A stretch of DNA of 64,000 nt from Convolutriloba macropyga (lineage: Eukaryota). Positions 39,154-50,389 of this stretch are shown one piece after another. The translations under genes were made by a program, and so were the position numbers. The notes under the pieces are model-generated. The model was given only the letters and a program-made list of their open reading frames with translations. It did not search any database and was not told the origin of the DNA. The stretch's first letter is position 1. Each line of letters opens with the position of its first letter. The stretch is from positions 50,902,001 through 50,966,000 of the forward strand of contig NC_134479.1 of assembly GCF_964194025.1 (NCBI RefSeq). The letters are read 5' to 3'.

Positions 39154-39645
39154 TGTCATACGGGATTGATATTACCCTCAGAATATCCATCACCGTATTT
39201 AGATCATATTTGGCATTTGCAGGACAGGTGCTTTTGTTCAGTTAGTTAATTTTAGTTCGTCATAATTCTACCCAAATGGGAGTCTGTTCATACTTTAGAC
39301 TGGAAACTGTCTGTTCATACTGTAAACATTTTGTTAAGCCTTTCCTGTTTCGTGATTGAGCGGTGAACTAAAGTTATTTCCTTTTTGATCTTAATTTGTA
39401 ATCCTAAATTTCATTCTCCAATTTTCATCGCTAGAATTCGGTTCTAATTCAATTTTTGTAAATCGCTTTTCAAATACTTTCGCTCAATTTGTTGTAAGCA
39501 ATTCGCACCGCGAATACCCGTTTAAAGAAGTGATATTTCAATTAGCCTACAGAAACTTGGCAATCGCGAGGCAAAAGTCAAATCTCAGAAAATTAATAAG
39601 CATTCGCGACTCGATTAACTTACAAAACTGTAATGGAGTATAACA
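39154..39645 (+). repeat. 3' LTR of element 1 (492 bp)
   Basis: TG...CA termini, preceded by the PPT. Confidence 0.95.
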
Positions 39646-39741
39646 CACTTTTTGTCAAGCCCCTTAGGGACAAGTAACTCTTCATATCATGATTCTATTA
39701 AAGACAAACCTCAGTTACAGTCAAATGATGCCCAATGATCA

Positions 39742-40235
39742 TGTCATACGGCAATGGATACCCTTCATGTATCCATATCCGTATTTGATTTTATTTAGTT
39801 GTTGTAAATTCCATTTGAAGGGCAAATGCCATTTAAGTTCAGTTGATGTACACTTCCTCCCATTTTAGCAGTTTTTGTCTGTTCACTCTGTCTGTAAAGG
39901 AAATACATTCGTTCACGATATAAACAAATCCAAGAGTTGCTTCCGTTATGCGTGATAAAACTTTGAACAAACTTTCTTTCTTAAATTCTATCATTCTTAA
40001 TCTTCATTCTCCAATTTGCAGCGCTAACGCTCAGTTTAATTTAATTCTTGCAAACGCTTCTCATTTGAGCTCAGTAGTTTTGACCAGAGTCAATCGCACC
40101 GCGATTGCCCATTCTAGAAAATAACCATTTGAACGTAACAACTAAACTTGCCATTCGCGGCGCAAGTGCCTATCTCAACTTGTACGAGAGCATTTGCAAT
40201 TCAATTGACTATACTCATTGTGCATGAGTATAACA
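39742..40235 (+). repeat. 5' LTR of element 2
   Basis: TGTCATACGG...GAGTATAACA, near-identical to 48212-48705. Confidence 0.97.
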
Positions 40236-40250
40236 TGGCGCAGTCAGCAG
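40236..40250 (+). promoter_or_regulatory. Primer-binding site complementary to a tRNA-Ser 3' end
   Basis: TGGCGCAGTCAGCAG directly abuts the LTR. It complements ...CUGCCGACUGCG-CCA of metazoan tRNA-Ser with one mismatch, at a position where element 1 has the matching G. Confidence 0.8.
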
Positions 40251-43200
40251 CGGACTCAAAGAAAACACCACTGCACATAGAAGCATTTTGGGAGAAACCG
40301 ACAGCAACACCTCCTCTGACGTGGGACAAATGGACGCAGCAATGGAAACTGGCTCTACTTACTAAGGAAGGGATACAATTAGACACCCTGTTAAACGATC
40401 CCCCCGCAACGGTGACTTACCCGCATGAACTACCTACGAAGAACCGGTAGAAAACCACACACAGGCAACAGAAAGAGATGGTAAAGTTCGAAATCAACAA
40501 TTGAAAGTAAACTGGCAAAACCGTTGTAAAAAGGTTGAAGAAATTGGGATTCTCTGTGGAGACAAACCGTGGGGAATTTGTGAGCAGAAGACGATATCGT
40601 TGATATATCTGAGCATTGGTACAGAGGGACGGCGGATTTTCAAGAGTAAATACCCTCATTCTCAAATAGAGAAACAACCTTTTAAAGACTTGTGGCGGGC
40701 AATGGAGGACTCATTCACAAAGGTTCGTAATATAACTTACGATCGCTTCGTTATCTACTCGTGTAAGCAGCAAAAAGGAGAGTCGGTGGAAAGTTTCTAT
40801 GGTCGTCTCATAGAATTGGCGGAAAATTGCACTCTGGGTAGTGAAGAGACTACATTGATCCGTGATGCATTCATATTGAATATGCTTGATCACGAGACAC
40901 AGAAGGAATTGTTGAAGGAAACAGTAGAACCACCAAAAGCATTGGAGATGGGAGCGCAGAATCAGCAGAAAATAAACCAAAACTTGATGTCAGGTACTAC
41001 TTCTGTGAATTTCATTAATAGTAACCCAGTACGCAATCGCAACGCGAATGGATCTTCAACAAAACGAGACTTCACACGCTACCCAACTGTCCCTCAAAAT
41101 TATCAATATACGAGTGTTTGTATGAATTTTGGTCTCCGTTGGAGTCACAATCATAAGCAGATTTGTCCCGCGAATGGTAAGAAATGCAAAAATTGTGGTA
41201 TTATGGGTCATTTCGCCAGAAAATGCCGCAAACCGAAAAAGTCGCAGAATCCGATACAGAAAACTCAAAAATCAAATGCAAACCAAATTGATCAATCGCC
41301 GGAAAAAAGTGACGATGAAGAATCCGTAAACTATATAACAAGCTATCAACAATTTTATGAACAGGTGTACGATTCAAACTATGATAGTGATTCAGATGAC
41401 TATGTAGCGGCGATTTCTTCTGATTCAGTTCATCAATTGGAACCACTGAACGTGGAAGTTCAAATGGGAGAAATAAGAACATCTGCTATGATTGACTCTG
41501 GAATTGCCGTCAGCATCATAACAAAAAGTTTAGCGAACAAAATCATCCGATCCACAAAATCAGCCAAATGGACAGATACAACAGAAAAAAGGAATTTGAA
41601 AACTTTCTCAAACGAACCAATCAAAGTCATTGGGCACTTGGAAACCACAATAATCTACAACCAATGGAAAGACACATCAGCGATGCTGACTGTGGTAGAC
41701 GATGGGCACAAAAATATCATCGGAAGAGATCTGTTCACTATATTGGGACTTGCAGTTGTTCAACAACAACCAGAAACTGGTAAATGTGTTTATAACATCA
41801 ATAATTCTACATGTAAAATTAAAGAGACAATTGCGACGCAATTTCCACATCTAGTTTCAAGAATTGGCTTATCTAAAACACATGTAGCGAAATCAAAGTT
41901 TCATCAAAAGTTTACAGCAAAGCATCAAAAAGGTCGACGTGTTCCGATAAATCTCCAACCTAGAGTGTCAGAAGAATTAGAAAGATTACAGACTGAAGGT
42001 CATACCGAAAAACTATCTAGTTGCTCTGACGAACATTTTATCTCCCCGATCGTAACCACAGTGAAAAAAGATCAGTCGATAAAGCTAGCATTAGATTCTA
42101 AAGTACTAAATAAAGCAATACATAAAAATAAATACCAAACGCCTAATATCGAAATGTTAATTGATACCATCTCACAACACCTTACAAACACACAAAACTA
42201 CCAACACGCATATTTCAACACATTAGACTTAAAGTATGCATATAGTCAACTAAAATTGCATCATGACACAGCAAAACACTGTAATTTTAACATCATATGT
42301 GGCGAATCTACTGGTACATATAGATTCAAGACTGGTTTTTATGGACTTACAGATATGCCGGCAGAATTCCAAAAAGCTATGGCTTACACACTCATAGGCT
42401 TGCAAAACACATACTGTTTCTTGGACGATATCATAATCGTTAGTACCGGCACTGAAGCAGACCATTTAGCATACGTTTACAAGTGTCTCAAAAAATTAGA
42501 AGACGATAACTTAAGAATTAACCTCCAGAAATGTCACTTTGCTAAATCGGAAATAGAATGGCAAGGTTATAAATTTACACAAACTGGAATATCACCTTTA
42601 GAAAGCAAAACAGCAGCAATTTTAACAATACCACCACCAACAACACTAAAACGACTTAGATCAATTCTAGGGTCAGTACACTACATCGGAAAATTTATAC
42701 CACACTTACCACAATTATGTCACCCTCTTAGACCACTGTTAAAGAAATCTGTAAAATTCATCTGGACAGATGAATACACGAAACATTTTAATCTGATTAA
42801 AGAGAAAATTGCAAACAGTACAGAAAATAGCCATTACAATCCAAAATTGGATGTCCGCGTAAAATGTGATGCTTCACGTTCAGGATTGGGGGCAGCATTA
42901 GAACAAAACACACCAGATGGTTGGAAGCCAATAGCATTCGCGTCACGATTTCTCAATTCAACGGAAGAACGCTACAGTGTCAATGAATTGGAACTGTTGG
43001 GGATAGTTTGGTCAATTAACTATTTCAAATACTATTTGTACAGAAAAAATTTTACAGTAGTGACGGATCATAGAGCCCTATTGTCCATACTTAAAGAGCA
43101 TCGATCTAACAAATCATACAATAGTCGACTATCTCGATGGATCGATAGATTACTTCCGTACAATTTCACAATTGAACATATGCCAGGCGCAAAGATGGGC

Positions 43201-43423
43201 CTCGTTGACTACATTTCCAGGAACCCATTTGCCAGAGCTAAAAAGATATCTACATACGATGAACATTTTGTTGTAGCAACAATTTCAAAAATCCGTGATT
43301 CATTGAAACATTTAATTATAAATAAACAGACAGCAGCTGCAAAATTTAAAAGCATTTTAAAGTCAAATTTGCCTTTGCAAAAAGTAAAACGACCATTCGC
43401 ACCGCGATTACACAGATTACTAA

Positions 43424-46400
43424 GTGTTAATTCACCTAATTGTAAGGAAGCATCTGCATCACGATTAACTACTTCACCATTGAAAACACCATTCGTACCG
43501 CAATTAACACTCCCCAATTCTAAAATTAATTCGCATTTTGAACACCCATTTGCGTCGCAAATGCCACTTAAAGTTACAAAATTACAATTTGCACTAATTA
43601 ATCGTAAAGTCAATAATTCACATTCTATTAACAAATTCGCTGCAAAAGAGGTGCAAATGTCAGACAGTAAAGAATGTGAACAATCTGAACAATTATCCCC
43701 AATACAGCCCATTAATGGTATTAAATCAAGTAATCCACCTAACAACACTGAATTAAGCGCGAAAGCACAAATTCCTAAGTATAAATACCACTTACACAAA
43801 AATCACTCGCTTTTTGCCCAAATTCAGCCTACAAAACACTACTTTGTGAATAAACACAATAAATCTCTCATGTCAAACAATTCAATAAACAGTATAAAAA
43901 CAATGTCAAAGGCCAAAGCAACCCGCTCTAAATCAACCTCTACAAAGGCGAGAGTAACTTTCTCAGACACGACTCCTTCAACACCTGGATCTAATACAAC
44001 ATCACACACAGAAACCAGACCTGGTAGTATGATAGAGGAGGCCGACGACATTATGTTTACTGAGACACTCAATAAAGTGTTCAGTAAGAAGTTCTTGGCC
44101 ATACTGACAGGAAAGGATGCGATACTAAAAGAAGTAAGGGACTGTGTGATCAGAAACGACGCGGATCGATTACAAGAGATAAGCCCTTATCTCTTCTCAT
44201 ATTGGAGAGATTTAAGCGTCAAACATGGGTGTGTCTGCCTCGACGAAAGAATTGCCATACCCAAATCAATAAAGGACGCGGTGCTGGAAGATATCCACTC
44301 CTCACACCCAGGAAGTTTCGCCATGCTCTCCCTAGCCCAAAATATCTGGTGGCCCTACATCCACAAAGATATACTGGCAAAAACCAGTGAGTTCAAAGCT
44401 TGCACGGAAATTGGTAAGAACCTCAAATCAGTGATTCCGCACCGCAAATGGACACCTCTACCTAAATGTAGTGAACCAAACGACGAAATACAATTAGACT
44501 TTAGTGGACCAATTTTAAATGAGAAAGGCATAGAGCAATATTTTATTACAAGTATAGATAGATATTCTAAATACCCTACAGTAGAAATAGTAAATAATGC
44601 ATCAGGCCCAAATGTAATCAAATTCTTAAATAATTATATATATCAACACGGAGTACCTAGAACTATTAGACTAGATCAAGCTAGATGTTTCACAGGAAAA
44701 AAGTTTGAGATTTTTGTACTGAAAATAATATTACAACTATATATGCACCAGCGAATGATCATAGAGCAATCGGATTAGTAGAGCGTATTATTCAAACAAT
44801 TAAACGACAATTATCTTGCATGAAATCAAAATTAAATAAAAAATTTAATTTAAAAACTTCACTAAAAGCAATAATACAACGATTAAGAGTATCAAAACAA
44901 AAAACAATAAATATCACACCATTTGAAGCACAATTCGGTTGAAAATGTAACACACCTATATCAAATATCACAACAAAATCTGATAGTAAAAATCTGAATT
45001 ATAATGCAATAATTAATTATTATTTAGACGAAGATACAGTTCCGGGCCGCTCCTACCTGACAGAAGAACAGTGAGAGGATACGGCTCTATGTTCTGACAC
45101 GGAGATTGAAGTGTCATTTGTCATTTGCGCCGCAAGTACCCTTGCAAGAACTGAGCAAGAGAAACGAAACGATGGAGAAGAACGTTTCATTAGTTCAGAC
45201 GCCGTTTGCCGCCCAATCCCTTGCTCGGAACGTAGCGTGCAGGTGAAGTTGGCTCGCAAGCTACACGATAACCAACGTCAAAAGAAGAACCTAGATGGCC
45301 TATATGAGGTGCTAGCACCAGGAAGCACTGTGTGCAAAGTAAGCCCCACGACGAATGTGATAAAAGAGCCACACAAACAAGAAGTACGGGTTAGGAACTC
45401 GGATATCGTAGTGTTAATTCACCTAATTGTAAGGAAGCATCTGCATCACGATTAACTACTTCACCATTGAAAACACCATTCGTACCGCAATTAACACTCC
45501 CCAATTCTAAAATTAATTCGCATTTTGAACACCCATTTGCGTCGCAAATGCCACTTAAAGTTACAAAATTACAATTTGCACTAATTAATCGTAAAGTCAA
45601 TAATTCACATTCTATTAACAAATTCGCTGCAAAAGAGGTGCAAATGTCAGACAGTAAAGAATGTGAACAATCTGAACAATTATCCCCAATACAGCCCATT
45701 AATGGTATTAAATCAAGTAATCCACCTAACAACACTGAATTAAGCGCGAAAGCACAAATTCCTAAGTATAAATACCACTTACACAAAAATCACTCGCTTT
45801 TTGCCCAAATTCAGCCTACAAAACACTACTTTGTGAATAAACACAATAAATCTCTCATGTCAAACAATTCAATAAACAGTATAAAAACAATGTCAAAGGC
45901 CAAAGCAACCCGCTCTAAATCAACCTCTACAAAGGCGAGAGTAACTTTCTCAGACACGACTCCTTCAACACCTGGATCTAATACAACATCACACACAGAA
46001 ACCAGACCTGGTAGTATGATAGAGGAGGCCGACGACATTATGTTTACTGAGACACTCAATAAAGTGTTCAGTAAGAAGTTCTCGGCCATACTGACAGGAA
46101 AGGATGCGATACTAAAAGAAGTAAGGGACTGTGTGATCAGAAACGACGCGGATCGATTACAAGAGATAAGCCCCTATCTCTTCTCATATTGGAGAGATTT
46201 AAGCGTCAAACATGGGTGTGTCTGCCTCGACGAAAGAATTGCCATACCCAAATCAATAAAGGACGCGGTGCTGGAAGATATCCACTCCTCACACCCAGGA
46301 AGTTTCGCCATGCTCTCCCTAGCCCAAAATATCTGGTGGCCCTACATCCACAGAGATATACTGGCAAAAACCAGTGAGTTCAAAGCTTGCACGGAAATTG

Positions 46401-47398
46401 GTAAGAACCTCAAATCAGTGATTCCGCACCGCAAATGGACACCTCTACCTAAATGTAGTGAACCAAACGACGAAATACAATTAGACTTTAGTGGACCAAT
46501 TTTAAATGAGAAAGGCATAGAGCAATATTTTATTACAAGTATAGATAGATATTCTAAATACCCTACAGTAGAAATAGTAAATAATGCATCAGGCCCAAAT
46601 GTAATCAAATTCTTAAATAATTATATATATCAACACGGAGTACCTAGAACTATTAGACTAGATCAAGCTAGATGTTTCACAGGAAAAAAGTTTGAGATTT
46701 TTGTACTGAAAATAATATTACAACTATATATGCACCAGCGAATGATCATAGAGCAATCGGATTAGTAGAGCGTATTATTCAAACAATTAAACGACAATTA
46801 TCTTGCATGAAATCAAAATTAAATAAAAAATTTAATTTAAAAACTTCACTAAAAGCAATAATACAACGATTAAGAGTATCAAAACAAAAAAACAATAAAT
46901 ATCACACCATTTGAAGCACAATTCGGTTGAAAATGTAACACACCTATATCAAATATCACAACAAAATCTGATAGTAAAAATCTGAATTATAATGCAATAA
47001 TTAATTATTATTTAGACGAAGATACAGTTCCGGGCCGCTCCTACCTGACAGAAGAACAGTGAGAGGATACGGCTCTATGTTCTGACACGGAGATTGAAGT
47101 GTCATTTGTCATTTGCGCCGCAAGTACCCTTGCAAGAACTGAGCAAGAGAAACGAAACGATGGAGAAGAACGTTTCATTAGTTCAGACGCCGTTTGCCGC
47201 CCAATCCCTTGCTCGGAACGTAGCGTGCAGGTGAAGTTGGCTCGCAAGCTACACGATAACCAACGTCAAAAGAAGAACCTAGATGGCCTATATGAGGTGC
47301 TAGCACCAGGAAGCACTGTGTGCAAAGTAAGCCCCACGACGAATGTGATAAAAGAGCCACACAAACAAGAAGTACGGGTTAGGAACTCGGATATCGTA
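43424..47398 (+). repeat. Direct tandem duplication inside element 2: 43424-45410 and 45411-47398
   Basis: Junction GGATATCGTA|GTGTTAATTC. I found 3 substitutions and one extra A between the copies. Confidence 0.95.
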
Positions 47399-48211
47399 AA
47401 ATTTGGGACACGGGCTGAAAGAGAAACGGAACTCACACAGTATATAGAGCGACGTCCGAAAAAGATCAACGAAAAAACCCTTGAACAAAAAATCCAGAAA
47501 CACAAGCGAGATCTTATTCGAAAAACACTGGTGACAAAAAGATTAAACGTAATAAGAGACAAACGGATGATGTGAGTGTTGTTTCATCAGGACGGTCATG
47601 TATCTCTACAGCCAGTAATATTGCAAGATCGTTAAAAATGAGAATTCCCAAGAGAAATCCGAAACACGACGAGGCATTCCTGAATAGACCCGATCTAACG
47701 CAAATACTTAGATTTAGCCCAATCGCACCGCAATTGGCTACATCAAATACGGCAGTACCATCTGGGGCGCAAATAGCCTCATCAGTGCAACCAAAGCCTA
47801 CACCCATTTTGCGGAAAACATCAAAACGCCAACTCACAATTAGCGACACATCAGATTCTGATACTTCTTCAATTCGGAAAAGCAAGCGAACCTTGAAGAA
47901 AAAGACCCAGAAGTCACAAACGATTCTTGAAAAATTTCGAAGCACAGAAGGTTACACTGATAATCAGGACATTGGAGTTGCGAGAGATTCTAATGAATGG
48001 GTTGAGGAACCCCAAAATTTACCACGGGAGATGACTGTTCTCCAGGCAGAAAATGCAGAAAACAGCGATAGCGAATAAACTTGAATAAAGCAAAACTTTC
48101 ATAAACTTTTATTTTATCTATTATTTAATATTTTATTACATAGTAACCGGTGAATATTTATCAATTTTCTGATTTTAATTAGTAATTTATTTTCTCTGCA
48201 AGAGGGGGAAA

Positions 48212-48705
48212 TGTCATACGGCAATGGATACCCTTCATGTATCCATATCCGTATTTGATTTTATTTAGTTGTTGTAAATTCCATTTGAAGGGCAAATGCC
48301 ATTTAAGTTCAGTTGATGTACACTTCCTCCCATTTTAGCAGTTTTTGTCTGTTCACTCTGTCTGTAAAGGAAATACTTTCGTTCACGATATAAACAAATC
48401 CAAGAGTTGCTTCCGTTATGCGTGATAAAACTTTGAACAAACTTTCTTTCTTAAATTCTATCATTCTTAATCTTCATTCTCCAATTTGCAGCGCTAACGC
48501 TCAGTTTAATTTAATTCTTGCAAACGCTTCTCATTTGAGCTCAGTAGTTTTGACTAGAGTCAATCGCACCGCGATTGCCCATTCTAGAAAATAACCATTT
48601 GAACGTAACAACTAAACTTGCCATTCGCGGCGCAAGTGCCTATCTCAACTTGTACGAGAGCATTTGCAATTCAATTGACTATACTCATTGTGCATGAGTA
48701 TAACA
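48212..48705 (+). repeat. 3' LTR of element 2
   Basis: Follows the PPT and is followed by TSD GAACA. Confidence 0.97.
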
Positions 48706-50389
48706 GAACAAATAATCGGTTTTGAAGAAATCACTCACGTGTTTAATGCTTCCACTCTGAGTCTTCGTATTGTTTTACGTGATCTTACGTTTTGCTGAAA
48801 CAATACATTGAATTTTGTAATAGTATATATCAAATGTTTCTTTTTTGCTATTTGAACGCCAGTGAATTCAAAAACAAATGCCAATCCACTTGTGCTATGT
48901 AACTGAAAGTCTTCAGTAAACTCTAATATAATATGTTACTGAGGTTTTGATAATTCGTGAGAAGCATTAGTTTTTGCATAAGCGCTATCAATCCTAATTT
49001 CTTTTGATAGGATTTTTTTACTGCTGGTATCAAAAAGAAGAGGAATCTAGTCATTTTTTATTGGTGATAAGAAGGCGAGAAGTTTAAAGTCAATGGTTTT
49101 TAAAGTGTTGTTATTAAGTGTACGGCTAGCTAGTGAAATTTCTCTAAACGGTTTACCGATAAAAATCATTCATAGGCCTAATTAAGTTTGTGACAAAAAT
49201 TACAATTACTAAAGGGACCTTTGATACAAATAGAAGGATTCATTGCTGCTACGTTTTGGTTGTTAACATTGTCAGTTACTGAATGCTTAGCCTTTCAATT
49301 TTTTGATGAATTAGTTCCCCTGTCAAATAAATCTACTAGTCCTCTTTTGCATTCCGACCTCAATCAAATGGTTTTTTTCTGTCTTATCGATGCATTCATA
49401 GTAGGGAAATGAGGGTGGCATAAATAGAAAACCCGTTGAGCGAAAAATTCGAAAATACATTTTTTTTAAAAAAAAAATTCCTCTAAGAGTTATTGTGGTC
49501 AAATTTTTTGTGAGTGAACACGTGATATTTGGCTTGATTTTGTTCTCTTTTAGGGGAAATTCGTTCAAACTATGATTTTGTAAATTAAAATCGAAATTCA
49601 AAGCTATATTTTTCGCTGCAAATTCAGACAACTTTGTGTTCCTAATAGAAGAAAGGCAGTAAAATAGCTAGTTATGGTCTCATAGTGATTTATACTAACA
49701 AATAAAAACCAAATTCTAATTTAGAGCTGTTTGTTAAAAAATCTTTTCAAAAATTTGTTTTCTTTTTTTTTCAAATCTCTTAGCCACTAGTCACTTTTCA
49801 TATCATGATTCTGTTGATACAAACCTCATCTACAGTCAAATGATGCCCATTGAACAAATAATTCGTTTTGAAGAAATCGATCACGTTTCTTATGGCTTCG
49901 ACTCTGAGTTGTCGTATTTTTTTTAAAAAAAATTTTGATATTCTTTTGAGATTTCGAAAGTTTTTTGCAATACTATGACAGTGTCAGTGAATTAAGCTCC
50001 ATTATGAGCATCAATTGAACCTATCTAGTGGTTTGAGTGGACAAATAATAGCTGCTAAGTCTTCAAAAACAATTAGTCGACAAATTTTTGAAAAATCAAC
50101 CGATGTTAAAGTAATTTCTTTGTATTGGTGATTCAATTTTAATAAAAAAGACCCTTTTTTTCTACTGCAAGCAAGCTTAAACTGGTTAGCGGCTTTAAAT
50201 GCTGACTATTGGTTTTATGACTTCGATGCGACGAGTTTTTTCAGTTTTTTTTTGGAAAATGTTTGTATGTTTTCATGCTTTTGGTTTGTTTCGAAATCTT
50301 GTCTTATTATCTTAATGCTGACAGTTCTCATAGGAAAAAAGAAAAGTTTAGTTGATCATAGAAAAGAATTTCAAACGAAAAGTTTATGG

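Larger units (their letters stand above)
32686..39645 (+). mobile_element. Ty3/Gypsy LTR retrotransposon (Mag-like), element 1, decayed
   Basis: LTRs at 32686-33178 (first 6 nt lost) and 39154-39645 (TGTCATACGG...GAGTATAACA). PBS TGGCACAGTCGGCA at 33179. PPT AGGGGGAAA before 39154. Order gag-PR-RT-RH-IN. Confidence 0.95.
40235..48078 (+). pseudogene. Element 2 single-frame gag-pol (Gag, 2 CCHC, PR, RT, RNase H, long linker, IN, long C-terminal extension); largest open piece 40501-44778 (1425 aa)
   Basis: CKNCGIMGHFARKC, MIDSG, LDLKYAYSQ, YCFLDDII, KCDASRSGLGAAL, HSSHPG, RLDQA. Frameshifts near 40428, 44715 and 47520, and TGA at 44939 and 45072 (repeated in the duplicate). Confidence 0.95.
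39742..48705 (+). mobile_element. Ty3/Gypsy LTR retrotransposon (Mag-like), element 2, young, with 2-kb internal duplication
   Basis: 494-bp LTRs at 39742-40235 and 48212-48705 (2 mismatches seen). 5-bp TSD GATCA/GAACA. PBS TGGCGCAGTCAGCAG. PPT AAGAGGGGGAAA at 48200-48211. Paired Gag zinc knuckles and a 5-bp TSD are typical of the Mag lineage. Confidence 0.97.
30895..49920. repeat. Diverged 0.9-1.1-kb tandem repeat (3 units) interrupted by two LTR elements; repeat DNA occupies 30895-32685, 39646-39741 and 48706-49920
   Basis: GTGCTATGTAA..G..GTCTTCAGTAA recurs at about 30906, 31829 and 48892. AAACCTC.GTTACAGTCAAA.GA.GCCCAATGAACAAATAAT (about 31613 and 49821) is split by the second LTR element. 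Confidence 0.85.

Noticed and set aside
43209-43799. 196-aa antisense ORF in the pol linker (and other antisense ORFs in the elements)
   Set aside because: Only partly open in element 1, no recognisable motif, and explicable as the shadow of the sense frame.
47572-48078. Separate ORF3/env after integrase
   Set aside because: No signal peptide or TM helix. Comparison with element 1 indicates it continues pol past a frameshift near 47520.
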